Source of the DNA: Candidatus Methylomirabilis oxygeniifera
Lineage (GTDB): Bacteria; Methylomirabilota; Methylomirabilia; Methylomirabilales; Methylomirabilaceae
DNA length: 32,000 nt
Direction: 5' to 3'
Assembly: GCA_000091165.1 (NCBI GenBank)
Contig: FP565575.1
Location: 1,440,001 to 1,472,000 of the forward strand
The notes under the pieces are model-generated. The model was not told the DNA's origin. It saw only the letters and a program-made list of their open reading frames with translations, and made no database searches. A program made the translations under genes and the position numbers. Positions 1 through 7,475 of this stretch are shown here, one piece after another (position 1 is the first letter of the stretch; every line of letters starts with the position of its first letter).

Positions 1-545
1 ACAACGGACGCCATCTCCTGTTGCGTGGACTGCTGCTTCAGGCGCAGACCGCCTTGGCCGTCATCTTCGGCCATCTCCAGGAGGTACTTCGCCACACGGC
101 TGGTCACGCTGCGAAACGACAGGTCCTCGACCTTACGGGTAAAGTAGCGGAGCTTTCCCGTAAACGCCTTGAGAAAGCCGATCGCAATGGCAGGATGCTC
201 TTCGACCAGGCGCCGCATCGCATCTCGCCGGATACCCCACAGCGCCGCCGGCTCCGCAGCCTGAGCGTTGGCAGGGTTCGGCCCGCCGTCGAAGATCGGG
301 ACCTCATTGAAACAATCGCCGGCCTCCGCAACCCGAAGGACCTGCTCACGCCCGTCAGGGGACAGCTTAAAGATCTTGACCTTGCCGGATCGAACCACGT
401 ACATCGCCTCGGCCGGCTCCCCTTCTGTAAACAGGAGTTCTCCCTTCTGCAACTGCACCTCAAAGACGTTGGCCCGGATACCCTCCAACGCTCGCGCATC
501 GAGGTCCTGGAAATACGGAATCGCCTTCAACTGCTCTGACAGCAT
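1..545 (-). CDS. Crp/Fnr family transcriptional regulator (cNMP-binding domain plus start of HTH); C-terminus cut by window edge
   Basis: Absent from the ORF track because it runs off the edge. My reverse-strand translation from ATG at 545 reads MLSEQLKAIPYFQDLDARALEGIRANVFEVQLQKGELLFTEGEPAEAMYVVRSGKVKIFKLSPDGREQVLRVAEAGDCFNEVPIFDGGPNPANAQA...FRSVTSRVAKYLLEMA. This is a typical cNMP-binding beta-roll followed by the dimerisation helix. The 21..539 + ORF is its antisense shadow. Confidence 0.8.
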   Translation of the reverse strand, partial: MLSEQLKAIPYFQDLDARALEGIRANVFEVQLQKGELLFTEGEPAEAMYVVRSGKVKIFKLSPDGREQVLRVAEAGDCFNEVPIFDGGPNPANAQAAEPAALWGIRRDAMRRLVEEHPAIAIGFLKAFTGKLRYFTRKVEDLSFRSVTSRVAKYLLEMAEDDGQGGLRLKQQSTQQEMASV

Positions 546-729
546 GGCCACCCCTGGATGACACAACGAGGGATATCCCAACCACCCGGTATCATTGTAG
601 AAGGACGAACAGCGCAGGTCAATCGTTCTCCCGATTTGACCTGGAGAGGGTTTTCCGGTAGTTTCGATCCCAACAAAACCATAAGGGAAAAGGGTGGCGG
701 TCTAAGGAAAAGAACCGAACCTCTCGAAC

Positions 730-960
730 TCAAAAGGTCCCTTCACCTTCAAGGCTTTGACATTGCCACCGAAAAGTAAACGCGATATCAAGCAACTCAC
801 CCCCCATGACCATTGCCAATCGCATTCCCCGCATCGCTCTCCGGTCGTAGAGTTTCATCGTGTGCGGGCTTTCATGGGCCGCAATGGCCTGTGCACCTTC
901 AATCGCTCCGGCGTTTAGCAATAAGCCCATAGCTACGGCAAACACCAACGGAAAAAACAT
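730..960 (-). pseudogene. Probable C-terminal remnant of a tyrosine recombinase (phage-integrase family)
   Basis: GLLLNAGAIEGAQAIAAHESPHTMKLYDRR resembles the extreme C-terminal box of tyrosine recombinases (..GG.le.Aq.iA.H.S..TT.LYDRR, where the Tyr is the nucleophile). An in-frame stop lies immediately upstream of the ATG, and no intact catalytic domain is present in 961-1100. Confidence 0.35.
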
Positions 961-1085
961 CTAGCGCAGCGCATCTAACGCTTTTTTACATGTTCCGTTC
1001 GCCGTGAGCATGTCGAAAAGCTGCGAGAACGCCTCGATCATCCCATCGCGCCGATCATTGTCATCCGTGGGCCGTTTGCTTATCC

Positions 1086-1114
1086 TTGACGTAACGCATA
1101 CTTTACGCTACGTT
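1086..1114 (+). promoter_or_regulatory. Putative sigma-70 promoter of higBA, probably giving a leaderless transcript
   Basis: TTGACG (1086-1091), a 17-nt spacer, then TACGTT (1109-1114). The higB ATG at 1120 lies only 6 nt past the -10 box. An imperfect inverted repeat GTAACG-N9-CGCTAC sits in the spacer and may be a HigA operator. Confidence 0.3.
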
Positions 1115-1119
1115 GAGTA

Positions 1120-1404
1120 ATGATCGTCAGCTATCGGGACAAGCGCAGCAGAGACTTCGCGGCCGGCAAACGAGTCAAACCCTTCACCGGCTTCGAGCGC
1201 GCGGCGCGCCTGAAGCTCGACCGTCTCGATGTGGCCCTGTCGCTTCAAGACCTTGCCGCTCTGCCCGGTAACCATTTTGAGGCGCTGATGGGCGACCGTC
1301 GAGGCCAATATAGCATCCGCATCAACGACCAATGGCGAATATGCTTCGAATGGCCAGAACGCTCGCCGGGTCCCGTGAACGTAGAAATTGTGGACTACCA
1401 CTAG
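1120..1404 (+). CDS. higB: HigB-type toxin (RelE/ParE superfamily, plasmid maintenance system killer)
   Basis: 94 aa. MIVSYRDKRSRDFAAGKRVKPF...ALPGNHFEALMGDRRGQYSIRINDQWRICFEW is the HigB signature. It is followed 12 nt later by an XRE-HTH antitoxin, which is the reversed toxin-first order typical of HigBA. Confidence 0.85.
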   Translation: MIVSYRDKRSRDFAAGKRVKPFTGFERAARLKLDRLDVALSLQDLAALPGNHFEALMGDRRGQYSIRINDQWRICFEWPERSPGPVNVEIVDYH

Positions 1405-1416
1405 GAGGCTTTGAAC

Positions 1417-1743
1417 ATGCCGCGCATCCCCATCCATCCCGGTGAGCATCTCGCCGAAGAACTGACAGCGCTCAACATGAGCGCCGCCGAGCTTGCGCGC
1501 CACCTCAGCGTCCCGACCAACCGCATCACCGAGATACTCAACAGCCAGCGCGCTATCACGGGGGACACTGCCCTGCGTCTCGCACATTTCTTTGGGACCA
1601 GCGCGCAGTTTTGGCTGAACCTTCAGGGTCTCTACGAGTTGCGTCTCGCCGAGCAGAAGGTCGGAAAACAGATCAAGGCTCTTCCGACTCTCAAGCACCG
1701 CAAGACCAGGATCGGACCGCTCCACCAACCTGCCCATCTCTGA
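1417..1743 (+). CDS. higA: HigA antitoxin (XRE-family HTH)
   Basis: MPRIPIHPGEHLAEELTALNMSAAELARHLSVPTNRITEILNSQRAITGDTALRLAHFFGTSAQFWLNLQ matches the HigA/VapI HTH pattern. ATG at 1417 is preferred; the track starts at TTG 1411. Confidence 0.85.
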   Translation: MPRIPIHPGEHLAEELTALNMSAAELARHLSVPTNRITEILNSQRAITGDTALRLAHFFGTSAQFWLNLQGLYELRLAEQKVGKQIKALPTLKHRKTRIGPLHQPAHL

Positions 1744-2137
1744 CCCTACAGTGTCCGTACCCGTTCTAAACCCTCCTCGCATCATGCAGGCTTATTGCAT
1801 CCGGCCGCTACCCGATTTGTATATCTTGTATTTTTGAACCTAAGGTGCAAAACTGCACGGTATGAGATATCTCCAACAGCAACAGGCTGATCGTCTTCGG
1901 CTCCTCATCCGGTCATTCCCAGCCGTGCCCTTCGTCGGCTCCCAACGAGTACGGAAAGAGCGCGCTCATCGGTGAACTCGATCTGTTCTGAGGTTATTAC
2001 ATAGCCTTCTCAATCCGTTGATACCATGAATACTCGGATGGACATTCCGACTATTCATGGAGGTTGTAATACTTGGGAAGCTTGTGAGATAAACTCGACT
2101 TGAAACGTGCAACAAATATTCCATGCAGCCGCGCGGT

Positions 2138-2169
2138 GTCGGGTTGCGCTGCGCTAACCCGACCTACGG
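2138..2169. repeat. REP-like palindromic intergenic repeat, copy 1 (GTCGGGTTGCGCTGCGCTAACCCGACCTACGG)
   Basis: A 32-nt element with internal hairpin TCGGGTT...AACCCGA. A second copy with one mismatch lies at 12579-12610 in the same orientation. Both copies are intergenic. Confidence 0.6.
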
Positions 2170-2208
2170 CTGAGGGCTGACTGCTATTTTCTGAGAAAGG
2201 ACCGGAAT

Positions 2209-2751
2209 ATGGGACGCCATCTTTTCGGTTTGCGATCCGCGATAGTTGTCATTCTCATCATTTTTGAATTAGTGATAGGTGGCACATCCGACGGAGCCGA
2301 CCTGTGGGCGGCTGATGTGCAAGCCGAGGTCGGCCACCTCGCGCCTGACTTTACACTGAAGACGTTTGAGGGCAGCACTGTTCGGCTCTCGGATTTTCGC
2401 GGCAAGAAGGTGGTGTTGATTAATTTCTGGGCTACCTGGTGTCCCCCTTGCCGGTTGGAGATGCCGACAATGCAACAGATCTACGCTGAGTATAAGGACA
2501 GAGGGTTCGAGATTCTCGCAGTCAACATCGAGTCCGACGCCAAACAAGAGGTCAGTGACTTCGTGAAGGAGCTTCGCCTGACCTTTCCCATTCTATCGGA
2601 CCCTGATATGAAGATCACTCGTAAGTTCCGGGTCATCGGGCTTCCCGTCTCCGTCTTGATCGATCGTCAAGGGATCGTTCGCGCGAAGGAGATCGGATAC
2701 CATGACTGGACCAGCCGGGTTTCTCGAAAGCTGGTCGAGGGTCTTCTGTAG
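2209..2751 (+). CDS. TlpA/ResA-family thiol-disulfide oxidoreductase (thioredoxin fold, membrane-anchored or periplasmic)
   Basis: 180 aa with an N-terminal hydrophobic anchor. Motifs: APDFTLKTFEGSTVRLSDFRGKKVVLINFWATWCPPCRLEMP with the WCPPC active site. RBS GAAAGGA lies upstream. Confidence 0.85.
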   Translation: MGRHLFGLRSAIVVILIIFELVIGGTSDGADLWAADVQAEVGHLAPDFTLKTFEGSTVRLSDFRGKKVVLINFWATWCPPCRLEMPTMQQIYAEYKDRGFEILAVNIESDAKQEVSDFVKELRLTFPILSDPDMKITRKFRVIGLPVSVLIDRQGIVRAKEIGYHDWTSRVSRKLVEGLL

Positions 2752-3097
2752 GGGCGGACGGCAATCGACTCCGCTTAATCTCGCCGTACATCCCTGTACG
2801 GCTCGAATCGTCGCTGGCAGACTGCGCTGTCCGTGCTTCGCCTGCCGGCGACGACGCTTCGCCAACCGCCGTCCAGCCCATGGCTCATATAGCCCGCACT
2901 TCTCTTAAGCATCGCCCTCATTGCGCTGCCTAGAAGATAATCAATTCTTGTTGGTGGTCCTCCCCTTCATGTAGACAATAGCCATACTGTTGCCTTCATG
3001 CCTGGTGGGATAACATCGCGTGTTTTCGATGCTTTTCTCCAGTTCCTGCTACGCTTTGCATCGGTGGCTCGACCGGTAATTCGCTATGACGGGAGGC

Positions 3098-3112
3098 TGG
3101 CGCGCTTCTTGC
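3098..3112 (+). promoter_or_regulatory. Sigma-54 (RpoN) type -24/-12 promoter upstream of the porin-amt genes
   Basis: TGGCGCGCTTCTTGC compared with consensus TGGCACG-N4-TTGC has one mismatch and the exact GG-N10-GC spacing. It lies about 70 nt upstream of the porin ATG at 3182. Confidence 0.4.
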
Positions 3113-3181
3113 GAGCGCATCAATTCGACTCGGTCAACGGGGACTTCCTAAGCAGTCACACCCAAAGAGGGGGAGGGATTC

Positions 3182-4558
3182 ATGAGAATGAAGTTGAAAC
3201 GGCTTACGGCAACCGGACTGGCAGTAACTGGGGCGCTTCTCCTAACCGCCGCAATCGCGGCGCCCGCGGCATGGGCTCAGGACGCCAAGGAACGAGAGAT
3301 CAAAGAGCTGCGGGCGCTGGTAGAAAAGCTGGGACAGCGTCTGAACCAGCTTGAAAATCAGGTTGGCTCCAAGAAGGACGTAGCCGCCGCGGCCGCGCCT
3401 GGAGCGCCCGGTGAGGCCGCTCAAAGCCTGGGCGATCGGATCAAGAATCTGGAAGAGGCGCTCAAGACGACCCCGATTTTGAACACCATGAAGGACTGGC
3501 AACTCGGGGGGCATGTTGCCGTCTCCTATAACTATAACTTCAGAGATCCGAAATCTCAGAACAATGGTCTCAGACTCTTCGATGACAAGGCCAACCAGTT
3601 TGACATCAACCAGGCCGAGTTTTACGTCGAAAAGCCGACCAGCGAGGCGTCGCCCGCCGGCTTTGGCTTTGACGTCGTCCTCGGGAGGGATGCGAAGAAG
3701 ATTCATTCAACAGGGCTTGGCGAAACCAATCAGCCGTTTGACCTGACGCAGGCCTATGTCACCTACAAGGTGCCCATCGGCAGGGGCCTGGATCTCAAAG
3801 GCGGAAAGTTCGTGACGCTGCATGGCGCCGAGGTGATCCGGCGAACCGGTAACTTTAACATCTCGCGGTCGATGGCCTTCTCCTACGCCATCCCCTTCAC
3901 CCACACGGGTGTGATGGCAACCTATCCTGTCACCGACTGGCTCTCGACAACCCTTGGTATTGTGAACGGCTGGGATAATACGGATGACAACAATAGGGGT
4001 AAGTCGTTCCATGGTGCAGCCACTGTTACCCCACCCTTCATCAAGGATCTGACACTGACCCTTGGCGGGTCATGGGGGGCCGAAACAGTCTCCGCTGCGC
4101 TCGACCCTGCTCGCGACGTGAATCGCAACGGTCCGAAGCGCGGCCTCATCGATTTCATCGCCACCTATAAGCCGATCGCGCCGCTCACCCTTACCCTGAA
4201 CTACGACTACGGGAGGCAGGAGGAAGCCTTCTTTGATGACGGCGATACGGCGGTCTGGCACGCGGTGGCAGCCTATGCCATGTACGATATTACCGACAGG
4301 CTCACCGTCGGCGTACGGGGCGAGTACTTCAAGGACCAGGATGGTTTTCGGCTCCCTGGTGCAACAGCGGGTAAAAATCTGTCGGTCTGGGGAACGACGC
4401 TTACCGGTCGATACAAGCTGTTCGATCACCTGTTCGCCAATCTTGAGTATCGGCACGATCAGGCCAGACACGGCCAAGAGATCTTTGACAGAGACAAAGG
4501 CGACGGAAAGGTCAAGTCGCAAAATACGGTTCAAGGTGAGTTGATCTACCAGTTCTGA
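3182..4558 (+). CDS. Outer-membrane beta-barrel porin with N-terminal signal peptide and coiled-coil segment
   Basis: 458 aa. Signal peptide MRMKLKRLTATGLAVTGALLLTAAIAAPAAWAQ, then a coiled-coil stretch, then alternating beta-strand pattern with aromatic girdle residues. The C-terminal ELIYQF ends in Phe, the OMP signature. Strong RBS GAGGGGGAGGG. It sits immediately upstream of amt. Confidence 0.7.
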   Translation: MRMKLKRLTATGLAVTGALLLTAAIAAPAAWAQDAKEREIKELRALVEKLGQRLNQLENQVGSKKDVAAAAAPGAPGEAAQSLGDRIKNLEEALKTTPILNTMKDWQLGGHVAVSYNYNFRDPKSQNNGLRLFDDKANQFDINQAEFYVEKPTSEASPAGFGFDVVLGRDAKKIHSTGLGETNQPFDLTQAYVTYKVPIGRGLDLKGGKFVTLHGAEVIRRTGNFNISRSMAFSYAIPFTHTGVMATYPVTDWLSTTLGIVNGWDNTDDNNRGKSFHGAATVTPPFIKDLTLTLGGSWGAETVSAALDPARDVNRNGPKRGLIDFIATYKPIAPLTLTLNYDYGRQEEAFFDDGDTAVWHAVAAYAMYDITDRLTVGVRGEYFKDQDGFRLPGATAGKNLSVWGTTLTGRYKLFDHLFANLEYRHDQARHGQEIFDRDKGDGKVKSQNTVQGELIYQF

Positions 4559-4572
4559 GTGTAACGGGCGAC

Positions 4573-4602
4573 GGCGACTGCCTCGAAGGTGAGGCAGTCG
4601 CC
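4573..4602 (+). promoter_or_regulatory. Perfect 12-bp stem / hexaloop hairpin between porin and amt
   Basis: GGCGACTGCCTC-GAAGGT-GAGGCAGTCGCC starts 15 nt after the porin stop. No U-tract follows it. It could be a partial terminator, an mRNA processing or stability element, or a protein-binding stem-loop. Confidence 0.45.
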
Positions 4603-4655
4603 CGAATCTCACAGCGGCGTGTGGACGCGCGTTGAAGCAAGTGAGGAGGACAGAG

Positions 4656-6200
4656 ATGTTCACACAATTGAGGCGACAAGCGGTTCTGGTGGCGGTCTTT
4701 ATGGCCGTCATGTCCGTCGGTTTGACGTCCACCCTTTGGGCTCAGGAGGCGCCCGCACCGGCAGCCACAGCGGTCACCGAAACCGTCACCTTCACCAAGG
4801 AGATGGCTGACGCCATTAAGGATTACAAAATCGCAGTTGATACCCTCTGGGTCATGATTGCGGCATTCCTGGTCTTCTTCATGAATCTCGGATTCGCCAT
4901 GGTAGAATCCGGACTCTGCCGCGCTAAGAACACCGTCAATATCCTCTCTAAGAACTTCATTGTCTTTGCTATCTCCTCGCTTGCCTTCTATATCCTTGGA
5001 TGGGGACTCATGTTCGGCGACGGCAATGCCTTCGTGGGCCTGAAGGGACTGTGGTTCGCAAGCGGGGCCGACAACAGTCCGGCCATGGGCGACGCCTACC
5101 AGGGGGCCTATAGCGCCATCAACTGGACCGGTGTCCCGTTCTGGGCCAAATTCTTCTTTCAGCTTGTCTTCGCCGGGACGGCGGCGACCATCGTATCCGG
5201 CGCAGTGGCCGAACGGATCAAGTTTCATGCGTTCATTGTCTTCACATTCGTCATCGTCGGCGTCATCTACCCGGTTGTCGGTCACTGGGTCTGGGGCGGA
5301 GGGTGGCTGCAGAAGCTCGGCATGTGGGACTTCGCCGGCTCAACGGTTGTCCATTCGGTTGGAGGATGGGCGGCACTGGCCGGCATTCTGGTCCTGGGCC
5401 CCAGAATCGGGAAGTATGCGAAAGACGGCAAAGTCAATCCGATACCGGGCCACAGCATGACAGCCGCCACAATGGGCGCCCTCGTCCTGTGGTTCGGGTG
5501 GTTTGGCTTTAATCCGGGAAGTACGATGGCCGCGTCCTGGAACGATATCTCCCGCATTGCGGTGACCACGAACAGCGCGGCGGCGGCGGCGGCCTTCAGC
5601 GCCACCCTTGCTGCGTGGCTCCTCATCGGTAAACCCGATCTGTCGATGACCCTGAACGGAGCCTTGGCCGGACTCGTCGCCATTACGGCTCCCTGTGCGT
5701 ATGTGAGTGTCGGCAGTTCGGTCATTATCGGTCTCATTGCAGGGGTCGTGGTGGTCGCGGCAGTCCTGATGTTCGACAATGTGAAGATCGATGATCCCGT
5801 CGGCGCGACCTCCGTCCACCTGGTGTGCGGGATCATGGGCACCCTGTTCGTCGGTCTGTTCGCTCAGGACAGTATCATGCCCAAGACGACCGGCAACGGG
5901 CTCTTCTTCGGAGGTGGGTTGACGCTCCTGAAGGCTCAGGCGATCGCGGTCCTTGGCGTCGGTCTATTTTCCTTCACGATCTCACTGGCAGCCTGGGCCG
6001 TCATCAAGATGGTGATGGGGATACGCGTCAGTCCGGAAGAGGAAATGGAAGGGCTCGACTACGGCGAGCACGGGATGCTGGCGTATCCGGACTTTCAGTC
6101 GGTGACCCACTCCATAGGGACACCAGGATCAATTACGACGTCCGGATATCATGAGGTGAGCCCGGTCGCGATCCCAAAAAGGGCTCCGGCGCACCAATAG
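4656..6200 (+). CDS. amt: Ammonium transporter (Amt/AmtB family)
   Basis: Amt family motifs: DTLWVMIAAFLVFFMNLGFAMVESG, FQLVFAGTAATIVSGAVAER, GSTVVHSVGGWAALAG, LVLWFGWFGFNPGS, VHLVCGIMGTLFVGLF. ATG at 4656 is preceded by GAGGAGGA; the track start TTG 4632 is less likely. It has an N-terminal signal peptide and a roughly 60-aa C-terminal tail. Confidence 0.95.
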   Translation: MFTQLRRQAVLVAVFMAVMSVGLTSTLWAQEAPAPAATAVTETVTFTKEMADAIKDYKIAVDTLWVMIAAFLVFFMNLGFAMVESGLCRAKNTVNILSKNFIVFAISSLAFYILGWGLMFGDGNAFVGLKGLWFASGADNSPAMGDAYQGAYSAINWTGVPFWAKFFFQLVFAGTAATIVSGAVAERIKFHAFIVFTFVIVGVIYPVVGHWVWGGGWLQKLGMWDFAGSTVVHSVGGWAALAGILVLGPRIGKYAKDGKVNPIPGHSMTAATMGALVLWFGWFGFNPGSTMAASWNDISRIAVTTNSAAAAAAFSATLAAWLLIGKPDLSMTLNGALAGLVAITAPCAYVSVGSSVIIGLIAGVVVVAAVLMFDNVKIDDPVGATSVHLVCGIMGTLFVGLFAQDSIMPKTTGNGLFFGGGLTLLKAQAIAVLGVGLFSFTISLAAWAVIKMVMGIRVSPEEEMEGLDYGEHGMLAYPDFQSVTHSIGTPGSITTSGYHEVSPVAIPKRAPAHQ

Positions 6201-6224
6201 CATTGCATTCTCCCCTCTACTACC

Positions 6225-6812
6225 ATGCGAAAAACGGTAGTGATCATCGACGATAGCCCTAGATCGCGGGGACCATTGGGCAATGTACTCACACGGCTTG
6301 GGTTCGAGGTGGTCGCAGAGGGAGCAAACGGAGCTGAAGCTCAACGCCTCGCCCAAATGCTGAAACCTGATGTGCTATTTCTGGCGGTGAGTCTCCCGGA
6401 TATGGATGGCCTGACAGTGGCTGCTCATATCCTGGAGACCGTACCGCTTCCGATTCTGATCCTGAGCAACCACCTCGACGAGGGGTTGATCCGCCGAGCC
6501 AAGAAGGTCGGAGTGATGGCGCACCTGCTGAAACCGCTGCGTGAGGAGGAGTTGCTGCCGGCTATCGAACTGGCGATCTCCCGGTTCGAAGAGTGCAACA
6601 CCCTCCGAAAAGAGAACGCAGACCTCAAGCGAAACCTTGAGGATCGGAAGTTGATCGAGCGCGCAAAGGGGATTCTGATGGAACGGGAACGGATCTCCGA
6701 ACAGCAGGCGTTTGCGCGGATCCAAAAAACCAGCATGAACACGCGGCGATCAATGGCCGAGATTGCGCAGGCTATCCTGCTGAGCGAAGCGGTCATCGGT
6801 AGGGCGTGTTAG
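6225..6812 (+). CDS. ANTAR-domain RNA-binding regulator with a receiver-like (pseudo-receiver) N-terminal domain
   Basis: REC-like fold (VVIIDDS..., ILILSNH, LLKP) followed by a coiled coil and an ANTAR core LEDRKLIERAKGILMERERISEQQAFARIQKTSMNTRRSMAEIAQAIL. The phospho-acceptor position reads PDVLFLAVSLPDMDG, i.e. Ala where Asp is expected. Confidence 0.85.
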   Translation: MRKTVVIIDDSPRSRGPLGNVLTRLGFEVVAEGANGAEAQRLAQMLKPDVLFLAVSLPDMDGLTVAAHILETVPLPILILSNHLDEGLIRRAKKVGVMAHLLKPLREEELLPAIELAISRFEECNTLRKENADLKRNLEDRKLIERAKGILMERERISEQQAFARIQKTSMNTRRSMAEIAQAILLSEAVIGRAC

Positions 6813-6932
6813 ATGAAGGGGCCATTGCGGTCAACCGCAGCGCCGTTGCTGCGTGGGACGACGATATATACGATCAACGGTGATCGTCGGACATGTGATA
6901 CATGATGATGGGATAGCGTAAGGATACCTACA

Positions 6933-7394
6933 ATGTCAGGGGTTCTCCACCCTCTCTCCGTACATTTGCCTATCGCCATGCTGTTCATGGCGTTTATGAC
7001 GATGTGTTATTGGCTGGTCAGGGGGTTGGCCACGTCGGTCTTTGAGAATCGGATCTACAGCCTGACGCGCTTTAATACCGCTGCCGGGTTGGTGTTCGTC
7101 CTCCTTTCCATGGCCACAGGATTCCGGGATGTCCTCGCCGGTTATTGGATCGCGTTCAATTCGCCTCTAGGAAAGTGGTTGTATGTCAAAGTCGTCCTGG
7201 CGCTGCTGATCGTCATCACGTACAGCGCCTTCCTCTGGCAGAGCCGCAAGAAGCCCCAGTACCTTCAAGAAGATCCAAAGATCATGACCTGGTGTCTCAC
7301 CACTCAACTGGTGGGCTTCCTGCTGGTGTTGACCGTCACCGCGCTCGGAACCATGCTGGTGTTCTATCCCCATCTCCTGGCGTACAGCGGATAA
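6933..7394 (+). CDS. Small integral membrane protein, DUF2231-like (4 predicted TM helices)
   Basis: 153 aa. The N-terminal HPLSVHLPIAMLF motif and four hydrophobic segments resemble DUF2231 proteins. The assignment is tentative. Confidence 0.5.
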   Translation: MSGVLHPLSVHLPIAMLFMAFMTMCYWLVRGLATSVFENRIYSLTRFNTAAGLVFVLLSMATGFRDVLAGYWIAFNSPLGKWLYVKVVLALLIVITYSAFLWQSRKKPQYLQEDPKIMTWCLTTQLVGFLLVLTVTALGTMLVFYPHLLAYSG

Positions 7395-7475
7395 GATGAT
7401 CGGACGACATGGCGCGCATCCGGCGTTTCTCATATCACGGACTTGGGCGACTCAACGGATGAAAGGAATAATCGC

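Noticed and set aside
21-539. 172-aa + strand ORF, and the 104..499 - ORF, at the left edge
   Set aside because: Both are Arg/Leu-rich and have no recognisable motifs. The opposite-strand frame that starts at 545 gives a clean Crp/Fnr cNMP-binding domain, so these are antisense or off-frame shadows.
546-730. Search for an FNR/CRP box (TTGAT-N4-ATCAA) upstream of the Crp/Fnr gene
   Set aside because: Only a poor half-site arrangement (TCAAT-N10-ATTTGA) was found. It is not convincing.
1108-1785. 225-aa minus-strand ORF covering higBA
   Set aside because: It is antisense to two well-supported TA genes and its composition is not protein-like. This is a typical shadow ORF in GC-rich DNA.
2783-2802. 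Hairpin GCCGTACA-TCCC-TGTACGGC after the tlpA-like gene, as a possible terminator
   Set aside because: The 8-bp stem is real, but no U-tract follows it. This is too weak to call as a terminator feature.
2998-3354. 118-aa + ORF upstream of and overlapping the porin start
   Set aside because: It has an Arg/Gly-rich tail, overlaps the porin signal peptide in another frame, and contains the putative sigma-54 promoter. It is more likely non-coding leader.
4070-5285. 220-aa and 257-aa minus-strand ORFs across the porin end and the amt start
   Set aside because: They are antisense to strongly supported porin and Amt genes and have a high Arg/Gly/Pro content typical of GC-rich shadows.
6823-6860. 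Two small tandem hairpins (TGCGG-TCAA-CCGCA and GCAGC-GCCGTT-GCTGC) just after the ANTAR gene at 6225
   Set aside because: The stems are only 5 bp, the loops do not match ANTAR targets, and there is no terminator context. They probably arise by chance in GC-rich sequence.
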